From Octopus sinensis (lineage: Eukaryota): a stretch of DNA of 64,000 bases. A program made the translations under genes and the position numbers. Below are positions 51,672-64,000 of the stretch, piece by piece. The stretch spans positions 118,792,001-118,856,000 of the forward strand of contig NC_043000.1 in assembly GCF_006345805.1 (NCBI RefSeq). Reading direction: 5' to 3'. The notes beneath the pieces are model-generated. The model was given only the letters and a program-made list of their open reading frames with translations, did no database searches and was not told the origin of the DNA. Position 1 is the first letter of the stretch. Each line of letters begins with the position of its first letter.

Positions 51672-51945
51672 AGAAGACTCACGGATAGTTCTTAATTACC
51701 GGTTATTCTTTACTTGAAAGCATGCAATAACAAATCACCAAAGGTTTCAAGTATCGCCATGACAACTTTCTCTGTCATTGTCAATGCGATGATCACACGT
51801 TATACACATTCCTTCCAAGCACCGCTGTAAACAGCGGAAGCGAACTAGAGCGTTAAAACTTAGTGCCATGCGACTTCACTCTGCTGCGTGCTTTAGCTTC
51901 GTTACTATGGCAGTAGTCCGGATACTTATTAATCAGACCTCGTAC
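50799..51945. mobile_element. Mariner-derived element with two inverted left ends and an internal inversion
   Basis: TACG..TCAATAAGTATCCGGACT inverted at both ends. EQRFCIKFCQKLG on plus; RSGR..IRKLS..AKFVPKLL on minus. Confidence 0.7.
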
Positions 51946-52424
51946 TCTGTAAGAACAAAACAAATGAAGCAACAGAACACACTCTTATGTAACCAACAGA
52001 ACACACTCTTATGTAACCAACACGGGCAAAATGCTTAACAGCAATTTGTTCGTGTTCAATGATGTTAGGTGTACCGCAGTGTAACCTGAATATAATTTTT
52101 TTCCCTATATTTTTAGTTATATTTTTAGTTCAGGTGTACCGCTGAATTTCGAAAAGAATATAAGTGTACTGCAAGTGAAAAAAGGATGCAAAGCATAGCT
52201 CCATACGACGGAAGAACAAATAAAATAGCATCACAAGCAATAAATCAATTCCGCCCACATCCCAGAACAAAGCGGAATTGACGTAGTTTACTAACATAGG
52301 TCAACGTTCGCAAAAGATAATGACTTCAGGAGCAGAAGGATCTACCTAATAATACAGTGCCAACCTGATATCAATAACGACATAATAATAACAGCAACAA
52401 CGATAAAAGGAAAATGGGCAAAGT

Positions 52425-53215
52425 CGACCTCGTTGACATTTCAGTTCAGAACGTAAAGTTGGATGTAAACCTGCAAAGCATTTTCTCCGGCACGATAACA
52501 ATTCTGCCAGTTCACCGCCTTAATAATGATAATAATGGTTTAAAATTTTGCTACAAGGGCAACAATTTGGGGGGAGGGGATGAGTCGATTACATCGACCC
52601 CAGTGTTCTACTGGTACTTATAGTATCGACCCCGAAAGGATGAAAGGTAGAGTAGACCTTGGTGGAATCTGAACTGAGAACATAGCGACGGGCGAAATAC
52701 CCATTTCTTTACTACCCACAAGGGGATAAACACAGAGAGGACAGACAGGGACAGATAGACGGATTAAGTCGATTTTATCGACCCCAGTGCGTAAATGGTA
52801 CTTATTTAATCGACCCCGAAAGGATGAAAGACAAAGTCGACCTCGGCGGAATTTGAACTCAGAACGTAACGGCAGACGAAATACCGCTAGGCATTTCGCC
52901 CGGTGTGCTAACTGGCACAAGGCCAGAAATTTTGGAGGAAGGTGTTAATCAGTTACATCGACCCCAACTGGTACTTACTTAATCGACCCTGAAAGGATGA
53001 ACGGCAAAATGACCATGGCGGAATTTGAATTAGAACGTAAAGACGGACGAAATTCTTAACGGGTTTTTTTCCGGCTTTACGTTCTCAGTTCAAATTCCTC
53101 TGATATCGACTTTGTCTTTCACTCTTTCAAGGTCGATAAATTAAGTACCACTGAAACACTGCGGTCGATGTAATCTGGTCCCCTCCAAAAAAAGTTCAGG
53201 CCTTATGCCTTTAGT
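52425..53215. mobile_element. SINE-B cluster (about 5 copies, nested)
   Basis: Same core; junction GAAATAC|CCATTTC at ~52701. Confidence 0.75.
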
Positions 53216-53268
53216 ATAAATTATTATTGTTGCTGTTGTTATTATTATTATTATTGTTGTTATTTTTG

Positions 53269-53352
<84 letters not shown>

Positions 53353-53439
53353 TAAATAGTTCTTAATTACCGGTTATTCCTTACTTGAAAGCATACAATA
53401 ACAAATCACCAAAGGTTTCATGACTCCTGTGACTCAAAG

Positions 53440-53475
<36 letters not shown>

Positions 53476-53980
53476 CGAGCTTCTTTGAATTTCCTTCTAC
53501 AAATCCACTCACAAGGCTTTGGTCGAGCCGAGGCTATAGTAGAAGACCAAGGTGTCACGCAATAGAACTGAACCCGGTACCATGTACTTGAGAATCAAGC
53601 TTCTTATCACACACAGCTACGCCTGTGCCTATTGATAACGGTGCATAATTTTTTAAGGAGATTTAGTTGCAAATGCTGCAACTCAAGCAGCTGCAAGAGG
53701 AAGGCCCGTTCGTTGGCTCTTTTCAACAAACGTTTTCCACAGTGGCGTTGATTTGCAGTTGTTCATATTAAACATCAGTTGTATTAATCTCAAATATCTG
53801 CACAAGTCACAGACAGTGTCCCCTCCTCTCATCTACGCCCATAAAAAAATCCTTCTCGAACATCACTATAAAATTATATTTTCATGTTGATGAAAATGGT
53901 GTGGGGAAATAAGTATCTCTTCTTCGTCGCCTTTTCTTTAATTCATTCGTCAGGAATTTGGTGTTGTTCGTATCTTTAGT

Positions 53981-54297
53981 GGAGGCGTAATGGCCCAGTG
54001 GTTAGGGCAGCGGACTCGCGGTCGGAGGATCGCGGTTTCGATTCCCAAACCGAGCGATGTGTGTGTTTATTGAGCGAAAACACCGACAAGTTTCATGAGG
54101 CTCCAGCAGGGGGTGGTGGCGGCCTCTGTTGTATTCTTTCACCCCAACTTTCTCTCACTCTCTCTTCCTGTTTTTTTTAGTAACGCTGCGATGGACTAGC
54201 GTCCCGTCCAGCTGGAGGGAACACATACGCCACATAAACCGGGAAACCGGGCCCATGAGCCTGGCTAGGCTTGAAAAGGGCGCATAAAAAATAAAAA
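53981..54297 (+). mobile_element. tRNA-derived SINE family C with 12-bp TSD
   Basis: Head GGAGGCG.AATGGCCCAGTGGTTAGGG..GGTTTCGATTCCC (A and B boxes). TCGTATCTTTAG duplicated at 53968-53979 and 54298-54309. Confidence 0.85.
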
Positions 54298-54922
54298 TCG
54301 TATCTTTAGCCTTCATCGTTTACTTGCTCACAGTCACTGGACTGCGACTATGCTGGGCTACTGCCCTGGAGTGTTTGGTCGAATAAATCTTATTTTCAGC
54401 CCAGTAATTATTATATCGGTTGTTTTCGCCGAATCGCTAAGTTACGGGGATGTGAACAACCAGCACTGGTTACCTACTGGTGCTGGAGGACAAATGCAAA
54501 GACAACGACACATGAACACACACAGGACGGGCTTCCACGCAGTTTCCGTCAATCGAATTCACTCACAATGTATTGGTCGGCCCCAGGCTATAATAGAAGA
54601 CACTTGCCCAAGGTGCCGCGAAGTGGGACTGAACTCAAAAGAACATGGTTTCAAAGCGAACCCCTAAACCGCACAGCTATGCCTGCGACATCATATTCTT
54701 TTATTCTTTTAGTCTTTTTATTCTTTTATTTGTTTCAGTCATTTGACTGCGGCCATGCTGGAGCACCGCCTTTAGTCGAGAGCAAATCGATCCCAGGACT
54801 TATTCTTTGTAAGCCTAGTACTTATCGGTTCTCTTGCCGAACCGCTAAGTGACGGGGAGTAAACACACCAGCATCGGTTGTCAAGCGATGTTGTGGGAGG
54901 GGGGACAAACACAGACACACAA

Positions 54923-54990
<68 letters not shown>

Positions 54991-55617
54991 GCGCGCATTC
55001 ATATAGATACACGACGGGCTTCTTTCAGTTTCCGTCTACCAAATCCACTCACAAGGCTTTGGTCGGCCCGAGGCTATGATAGAAGACACTTGCCCAAGAT
55101 GCTACGCAGTGGGACTGAACCCCGAACCATGTGGTTGGTAAACAAGCTACTTACCACACAGTCACTCCTGCGCCTATAATATCTTATCCAGAATTAAATA
55201 TCAGTCATAACGATGGTTGTTTTACCATTTGGTTTAATAAACGTTTAGGAAATGTAAATCTTATAATAATGGAATGTTTGCTCTTTGCGGGTTACAGAAA
55301 TGACACACAGAAAGGGCACACATTCCTCGTTACCATAACTTCCTGAAATCGGTCACTGTCGACTCTGAAATCACTTGTCTTTCAGTAGACGTCTTTTTTT
55401 CTTATAAACATCGTTTGATGAATTGCGTAAATATCCAAGCTCACCTTGTTACGCTTATAAATCTTACACGTGCTTTTATAATGTCATTTCAATCGTATTA
55501 ACATTCCATGCGGTTATTCTGATATATTTTGTGGCCTTGTAACTGCTGTACAACAGGCTATAACCTGCAGCGTCTAGGTCAGAAGATTTAAAATTCAACA
55601 TCAGGTATCCGAATAAA

Positions 55618-55873
<256 letters not shown>

Positions 55874-55874
55874 C

Positions 55875-56100
55875 AACCCCTATATATAGTTGGAATTTAC
55901 AAAAGAAAAAAACCCAAAAAAGACGAAGACGGGTGTGTAAACAAACAGCTGTATTAGTTTAACGCTCGGGAAGTGAGAAAGTCTTTTACGTTTCGAACCT
56001 ACGCTCTTCCACAGAAAGGAACACAGAAATAAACAGGGTAAGAAAATAGAATACTAGAAAAAGGTTTAGTGGCTAGCGATCAATCATGGCGAATGATTGA
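55875..56100 (-). repeat. Second copy of the pLTR-like repeat with a hammerhead-like core
   Basis: Reverse complement CTGTGGA-AGAGC-GTAG-GTTC-GAAACGTA at 55987-56014; flanks match 37150-37350. Confidence 0.55.
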
Positions 56101-56139
56101 TGTATATATATATATATACAAAATTTTCTTATTTGTATA

Positions 56140-56240
<101 letters not shown>

Positions 56241-57244
56241 TATATATATATATATAGAGAGAGAGAGAGAAAAGGAGGGAGGGTGGGAGGGAGGGATGGA
56301 GGGAGACAGACACACAGACAGACAGATAGGCGGATGGACAGATAGATAGATAGAGAGGGAGAGAGAGAGAGAGAGAGATCTTGTTGTTAGACTGCGGCCA
56401 TGCTGGGGCACCGGCTTGAGGAATTTTAGTCGAATGAACCAACCCTAGTACTTCTTTTCCTTTTCAAGTCTGGTATTTGTTTTATTGGTGTCTTTTGCCG
56501 AAACGCTAAGTTACGGAAGCATAACATAAACACACCAACAGAATTTGTGAAGCGGTAGATGGGAGTCCAACACAGTCACACAGACACACACAAGACGAAT
56601 TCCTTTCAGTTTTCGTTCACCAAATCCCTTCACAAGGCGTTGGTTGGCCCGAGGATATAGTAGAAGACATTTACCCTAGATACCACGCAGTAGGACTGAA
56701 CCCATAATCACGCGGTAGGAAAGCAAGTTTCTTACTACACAACATTGCCTTATAAACATGCAGAACCATTTACTATTCTTATTTCTTTACTGACAACAAA
56801 GGGCTACACACAGAGGGGACAAACAAGGACAGACAAACGGACTAAGTCGATTATATTGACCCCAGTGCGTAAATGGTACTTATTTAATCGACCCTGAAAG
56901 GATGAAAGGCAAAGTCGTCCTCGGCAGAATTTGAACCCAGAACGTAGCGGCAGACGAAATACCGCTAAGCATTTCGCCCGGCGTGCTAACGTCTCTGCCA
57001 GGTCGCTGCAGAACCACTTACTATTCTGGTGCTTTTGATTTATGCAACTTCCTATATAAGTTTAAACATTCCTTAACAACTTCTTTCTAGCATTAGTTAC
57101 AAAATCTCCCTTTTGTGCAATTTTTTTTCCTTCTGTTCCCGCAAACTTTAATACGAGTATTTTCAAGGCTAAAATTCATAATCGTTATTGAATATTACAG
57201 AAAGTAACCCTTTATTTCGTGTCACTATACACTAACGCGGAAAT

Positions 57245-57460
57245 ATTGGGTTGTCCGGAAAGTTCGTGCCGATTTATAGTAGCTTACCTTTCGAATTACC
57301 CTCCCAAGCACCTCAATTCTGGGAAGAGGGTATTTTCAAGTCAAAGGAAAGATGGAGACGCATTGTGCAACAAAATGGTTCATATTTGGTTGAGAGGGGA
57401 ATATGTTAAATAAAATCATAATTAGCTGATCCTCTTATATTCTTTTTACCCAAAGCCAGA
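57245..57460 (+). mobile_element. Short remnant of the same mariner family
   Basis: Same TIR, followed by transposase C-terminal sequence (QFWEEGIF..ERWRRIVQQNGSYLV). Confidence 0.7.
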
Positions 57461-58344
57461 AACCTTTCAGCACCCCCTCGTATATATAGTCTGTACATTG
57501 TTCTTCTATAAAGCAATGAAGCTAAACGATATCACAGGACTAAATATATTACCATGAAGTTGTGTCCTACTGGTTATCATGTTGCACTCACGATTGTTAG
57601 ATTGTGGCTATGATTTCCAGACCAGGTGGTATGTTATTTTTCTAGAGCAAAACACTTCATTTCACGCTGCTTCAGTCCGTCTAGATGAAAATTAGTAAAC
57701 CAACGACAGACTGGCGTCCGTTCAAGGTTAATGCTGTGATGTCAGTCACTTATAAGACATGAAAACTGGGTAACTGACCTGAGGAGTTTTATGCCTCATT
57801 CAGAACAATACAGATATATTATCGCCTTTCTTTGATATCTCTATGTGCAAACAATCATGTCTCACAAGGTTAGTATTCGTCTTATAGATTGAATCGGTGT
57901 CTTTGCTTATCACACGCATTTGGTTCATTATTGTTTCTGTTCATCATAAATCTTTAGGGATTAATAGGTTATATACGGGATGTTCATGGGGGGGGGGGGG
58001 GTTCGTGTCTGGAATTAGCTGAGTATTGTCATTGATTAGTTATTACTTTCCGTTCATGAAATAAATAAGTCCAAAGAGATGAAGCATATACCTTATAATC
58101 TTTCTTCAACATTAGTCGTCATTGTGACTATTCCTCTTCCTCAGAGGATGGTGGTCTTCATTCTAGTCTATACTGGTACAACAGACGGTTACCAAATCCC
58201 TTCACATGCCTTTGGTTGGCCCGAGGCTATAGTAGCAGTCATTTACCCAAGGTGCCACGCAGTAGGACTGAACCCAGAATCACGTGGTTGGAAAGCAAGT
58301 TTCTTACTACACAACATTGCCTTATAAACATGCAGAACCACTTA

Positions 58345-58720
58345 CTATTCTGGTGCTTTGTTGGTGTGTTAGGTGACCGACGAATCCAATTCAGGCTTTG
58401 AAGGAAGGATCTTCTGCAAGTTGGACAAGTTGTTCCTTGGGAAAGATCTGGTCTGGGTTGGAATTGCTTCTCATTCCTCCTTCCTAATTTTTCTTCACAT
58501 TTGTGTCTCGAATGTAGTTGTTCCTTCACAGATGATGAATCTCCAGAGGTTTCTGTCATTTGTATTTTATTCCCAATTGTTGAAATCGATATTAAATTTT
58601 TTCATGTTCGCCTCCAGCAGATCCCTGTGTCTCTTCTTTTGTCCAGCTTTCTTTCTTTTTTTTCTTCCTTTTTCCGTCTTTCAGATAAACAGATATTTTG
58701 CATCAAGTAATTAATGATTT
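58345..58720 (-). pseudogene. RTE/BovB-like LINE 3' fragment
   Basis: KRHRDLLEANMKKFNIDFNNWE..DRNLWR..CPTCRRSF. Confidence 0.6.
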
Positions 58721-58997
58721 ATTATTTGCATTATATCGTATACATCACAGAAGGATAAAATATACATATGGAGAGAGTGCCCTGGTCACGTCAGGCCAGT
58801 TAATTGCCTTACAGGCGCAAGACTGGTTACACGATAAGAAGTTTACCCCTCAACCATATGGTTTCAGGTTTAGTCTCTGTGCATGGAATCTTGGGAAAGT
58901 GTCTTCTATTATAGCTTCGGGCCAAAGCTTTATGAATAGATTTGGTAGACGGAAACAGAAAGAATTCCATCATACACACACACACACACATACATAT

Positions 58998-59307
58998 ACA
59001 TAAGTTTCCTTCATTTTCCTGAAGAGAAATCTGCATAATGTACTCCTTATTCATTCGGAATTAGGAATATGCAGCCTTCGAAACATATGTCAAGAATAAA
59101 GGATATTTGTTAACTAGTCGTTAAACTCCATTCTTTCATATACTTATATATATATAAGTAGTATATGAAAGAATGGAGTTGAACGACTAGTTAACAAATA
59201 TCCTTTATTCTCGACATATGTTTTCGAAGGCTGCATATTCCTAATTCCGAAGGAATAAGGAGTACATTATGCAGATTTCTCTTCAGGAAAATCAAGGAAA
59301 CTTATGT
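58998..59307. repeat. ~310 bp near-perfect palindrome made of two inverted Penelope-type pLTR hammerhead motifs
   Basis: Arms are reverse complements. Each arm carries CTGAAGA...CTGCAT/ATGCAG...TTCGAAA(A)CATATGTC. Confidence 0.85.
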
Positions 59308-59412
59308 CGACATCAAAATGCACAATTTGCTGTGAATTTGCTACCCAGGTATCGGTTATCTTTCGAATTATCCTTAATAAGATAATTCATTCAATTACTC
59401 AAATATATATAT

Positions 59413-59450
<38 letters not shown>

Positions 59451-59455
<5 letters not shown>

Positions 59456-59978
59456 TAGTAATGCAATACTAGAGTATTGCTTTCCAGTAAAGAATAGCCC
59501 GTGAGGGAAAATTATACAATTATACAATGCCATATATTTACTTCTTTGTATATTTTTCCCTCAAGGGCTATTCTTTACTGGAAAGCAATACTCTAGTATT
59601 GCATTACTAATTTATTGAAACTTCTTCACCGTTCTCGTTCTGTTAGCGTTTCGGCGTTTCGGTCGAGTGTATTGGCATTAATGTGGTAACATCTGAAATG
59701 TTGTCGTGGTATATGTTTGGCTGATGAAGATAGATCAAGTATATGTGTGCAGGCATATCTTGAAAAATCTGAAACCGGCTCCGGTCCCACATTATCCTTT
59801 TCTAGGTATTTTATCTTTCAGATGTTCTCCCTGGAGGTAAGACAATTTTTTTCAAGTTTGTTGCACTCACGCATTTTTGCTAGTACATACGCGGTGAAGC
59901 TATACATTAGCGTCGTATTATTACGTTCGCTATTTCCAGTAAATATCGGTACTTCGTTGTGCCATATATTTACTTCTT

Positions 59979-60027
<49 letters not shown>

Positions 60028-60662
60028 GTATATATATATATAGATAAGAAAGTTGGTTTGTGAAAGCACGTAGGTGAATATATAGAAAATAGTAAAGAGT
60101 GAAAAAACGACAGAAGGCTTAAATGTTAAAAAATATATATATTTGCGTCAATATGTCTGAAGAATATTAGAAAATATAAAAAAAAAAAAAAAAAAATTGA
60201 GAAATGCGCAAAGCAACTACTACCACAATTTTTAATCTTTCCATTTTACCAGTGTGCTTTCGGATCATCAACACAAATTAGACTAAACAAGGAAACATTC
60301 TTCATTGAAAAGTACAAGCCCAGACTCAACCATCCGAACATACTGATACAGAGAAATTCACATTAAGGGAAAGGGAAAAAAATTTTAAGCGATTATCTCC
60401 CTTACACCGGAAGAAATCACCCACTACCTCCCCTTATTTAGAACTCTCCGGAACATAAACACAACGATAACTCTATTCAACATAAACATAACGTCACTAG
60501 AAATTTGAAAAACTACACGCGAAACCGGTCTTTCTTTTAATTATGTCATTATAAGGCAAAAGAAAATTTTTTTTAAAATTTTCTAATATTCTTCAGACAT
60601 ATTGACGCAATATATATATTTTTTAACATTTAAGCCTTCTGTCGTTTTTTCACTCTTTACTA

Positions 60663-60668
<6 letters not shown>
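59451..60668. mobile_element. Rearranged Penelope-like remnants with two further inverted repeats
   Basis: Inverted arms at 59451-59512/59553-59614 and 60084-60176/60578-60668. Plus-strand endonuclease C-terminus IFPFYQ..IRLNKETFFIEKYKPRLN at ~60235-60330. GCGAAACCGGTC hammerhead 3' half at ~60519. Confidence 0.6.
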
Positions 60669-60704
<36 letters not shown>

Positions 60705-60798
60705 ATATATATATATATATATATGTATTATAATATATATATTATATATATATATATATATAATATATATAATATTATATATATATATAATATATATA

Positions 60799-60878
<80 letters not shown>

Positions 60879-61269
60879 TATATATTATTATATATATATA
60901 TGTATATGTATATAGTAGATGCACAATGGCCCAGTGGTTAGAGCAGAGGACTCGCGGTCGTAGGATCACGGTTTCGATTCCCAGACCGAGCGTTGCGAGT
61001 GTTTATTGGGGTGAAAACACCTAAAGTTCCACGAGTTCCAGCAGGGGGTGGAGGCAGACTCTGCTGTACTCTTTCGCCCCAACTTTCTCTCACTCTTTCT
61101 TCCTGTTTCTGTTGTACCTGTATTTCAAAGGGCCAGCCTTGTCACACTCTGTGTCTCGCTGAATCTCCCCGAGAACTACGTTAATTTTACGAGAAGGCTG
61201 TTCCGTTGATCGGATCAACTGGAACCTTCGACGAAGTGCCACGACGATATATGTATGTGTGTGTGTATG

Positions 61270-61970
61270 TATGAAATTATTTCTGCAATTGGTCTCAACG
61301 GAAGTCCTGTTATGTTAATAGTAACTGCAAAACTAAAAATGTAATATACAGATGTAAAGTTACATCTGAGAGAAATGAATACTTTTACATCGGTGCGACT
61401 GCACATATTTCCAAAAAAGACTGGCTAATCACTTAAATTCATTTACAGATTAAAATATAAAAAAAAGAAATCTAAACAAGTCTAAGTAGGTTAATCTAGC
61501 CTATTAAAAACAGAAACAAAGCCTACACTATCAACTGGGAATTATTTAGTACTGCAAAACCTTACAGACCATAACCTAATAAATGTATAGAAAGATTTTA
61601 CCAAATTTTCACATCTGAGGTAATATCAATTTTAGACAAGAACAAGCTTTGAGATGCCTGCATATGAGAAAATTTATCCTTGCTCAATAAAAATGAGTTA
61701 TAAACATTTAAGTAAAGAAGATTTTTTTGAAGTAACTGACTATGAGGAATAAACGATTGATTCTTCAATCAATACTTGAATTGAAAATAGTTCGCATCTA
61801 AATTAACGTAGAACTCCAGATCAGAGAACGCAAAGAAAATCAGCATAGAACTTTAACCAGTTAAATCTCAAAGGATATTAAAGTGAAGACCCTGAAAGAA
61901 ACTGCACTGGTATTATAGTAAGGTTGCAATTGCAACGGTTAGTAATCGAAGCAGTAGAAACATGTGTTTG
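61270..61970 (+). mobile_element. Penelope-like GIY-YIG fragment followed by a degenerate hammerhead
   Basis: NCKTKNVIYRCKV..FYIGAT..FQKRLANH. Downstream CTGAAAGA-ACTGC...GCAGT-AGAAACATGTG at 61892-61966. Confidence 0.7.
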
Positions 61971-62029
61971 GAGGCTGTGTATAAGAATGAATTAAAGGTA
62001 ATGCTGATGCTACTTCGCAATAATCTTCA

Positions 62030-62032
62030 TTA

Positions 62033-62109
<77 letters not shown>

Positions 62110-62119
62110 ACTACTACTA

Positions 62120-62155
<36 letters not shown>

Positions 62156-62164
62156 CACTACTAC

Positions 62165-62210
<46 letters not shown>
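62030..62210. repeat. Compound trinucleotide microsatellite (CTA/CTG/TTA)
   Basis: Direct inspection. Confidence 0.9.
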
Positions 62211-62212
<2 letters not shown>

Positions 62213-63454
62213 GAAGTGTGTATGTGTGCGTGTACATGTCTTTTCGTTCGTATTTGCCCCACCACCACCACCACCACTTGACAGCCGGTGTTGGTGTGCT
62301 TACGTCCCCGTAAGCAAAAGTAACCGATAGGATAAGTAACAGGCTTAAAAAGAAAATAAATACTGGGGACGATTCGTTCGGCTCTCTTACTCTTTTACTC
62401 TTTCAGTTTCTGTCAACCAAATCCACTCACAAGGCTTTGGTCGGCTCGAGGCTATAGTTGATGACACTTGTCCAAGGTGCCATGCAGTGGGACTGAACCC
62501 GGAACTATGTGGTTGGTAAGCAAGCTACTTCCGACACAGCCACTCCTGCGTCTATAAAATAATAATTCCTCAAGGCAGTGTTCTAGCATGACCACAGTCC
62601 AACGACTGAAACAAGTAAAAGATTAAAGCTAACGATTTCCCGAAGAGAAATCGTTCTTGTTCATGGTTGATTGTTCACTAGTTGTTCACCAGTTGTTTAC
62701 CAGTTGTTCATTTAAAAAATGTTTAAAAAAACATGGTTTTTAAATTTACGCACAGATTGGAACATACCAATCTTATTTTCTTCCTTGCGAAAATAATTTA
62801 GTCTTTAAAATATTGCTATGGGTGCAGTTATGGCTGTGTGGTAGATCACATGGTTCCGTGTTCAGTCCCACTGTGTGGCACGTTGGACTTCTACTATGGC
62901 ATAGGGCCAAGCAAAGCCTTGCGAGTATATTTGGTAGGCAGAAACTGAAAGAAGCCCATCGTGTGTGTGTATGTGTGTCTTTGTGTTCGTTTCCCCATCA
63001 CCGTTTGAAACCGGTGTTGGTGTGTTTACGTCCCCATAACTTAGAAGTTCGGCAAAAGAGCCGATGGAATAAGTACTAGGCTTTAAATATAAAACTTGGG
63101 GATCGATTCATTCAACTAAAATTGCTTCAAGGTGGTGCCCCAGCATGGCCGTTGTTTAATGACTGACTCAAGTAAAAGATGAAAGGAAAAAAAAGAAAAG
63201 ATTACTAAATATTTTTAGCATTGACATACTTAGATGTTAAACCTGGAGCTGTTGCTGCTGCTACCCGTGTGAAATAGGGTCAGGTTAGTCACAAACAATT
63301 ATCGCTTGTATTCAATTTTACCTTTGATTCTTATGCACAATAAAATTTCTCCCAGGCGATTTCGTTTTGATCTGAATAAATAAAAAAAAAAAACAGAATA
63401 AATTTTATGCATGTGTTTCATAATAGTAACACAGATTTTATTATAATTGTAGAA

Positions 63455-64000
63455 TACACATTTCTTTACTACCCACAAGGGGCTAAACACAGAGGGGACA
63501 AACAAGGACAGACAAACGGATTAAGTCGATTATATCGACCCCAGTGCGTAACTGGTACTTATTTAATCAACCCCGAAAGGATGAAAGGCAAAGTTGACCT
63601 CGGCGGAATTTGAACTCAGAACGTAGTGGCAGACGAAATACCTATTTCTTTACTACCCACAAGGGGCTAAACACAGAGAGGACAAACAAGGACAGACAAA
63701 CGGATTAAGTCGAATATATCGACCCCAGTGTGTAACTGGTACTTATTTAATCGACCCCGAAAGGATGAAAGGCAAAGTCGACCTCGGCAGAATTTGAACT
63801 CAGAACGTAACGGCAGGCGAAATACCCATTTCTTTACTACCCACAAGGGGCTAAACACAGAGAGGACAAACAAGGACGGACAAGGGGATCAAGTCGATTA
63901 TATCGACCCCAGTGCGTAACTGGTACTTATTTAATCGACCCCGAAAGGATGAAAGGCAAAGTCGACCTCGGCGGAATTCGAACTCAGAACGTAGTGGCAG
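63455..64000 (-). repeat. Tandem array of head-truncated SINE-B units (~185 bp, at least 3, runs off the window)
   Basis: Each unit ends on the plus strand at CGAAATAC, followed by CTATTTC or CCATTTC of the next unit. Confidence 0.85.

Noticed and set aside
55250-55610. Possible host exon (AAG|GTGAG donor on minus)
   Set aside because: No convincing open frame or acceptor; unsupported without transcript data.
63455-64000. CRISPR-like regular repeat
   Set aside because: Eukaryotic context, ~185-bp contiguous units and no unique spacers.

Overview
Eukaryotic, repeat-saturated, apparently gene-free DNA. The SINE and microsatellite style suggests an octopus or other coleoid cephalopod genome (inference, not verified by search). 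No host exon could be supported. Coding potential comes almost entirely from mobile elements: (i) two tandem Tx1-clade (L1-like; APE+RT+CCHC) retrotransposons on the minus strand, each bounded on both sides by (TAGA)n; (ii) a third, full-length but frameshifted Tx1 and an adjacent ORF1-only (half-L1-like) derivative, both inserted in the head region of one tRNA-like SINE family; (iii) a 5'-truncated R4/Dong-type RLE retrotransposon in a (TAA)n tract; (iv) several Penelope-like GIY-YIG remnants with minimal hammerhead ribozyme motifs and palindromic terminal repeats; (v) mariner remnants, RTE-type 3' fragments and dozens of SINE copies. The strongest signal is an apparent LINE/SINE system. The Tx1 elements, the ORF1-only element and a SINE subfamily share a 3' stem-loop + AATAAAGAAA tail, and all except the (TAGA)n pair insert at two fixed sites in that SINE's own head, building nested tandem arrays. 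Novelty could not be checked against Repbase or Dfam.
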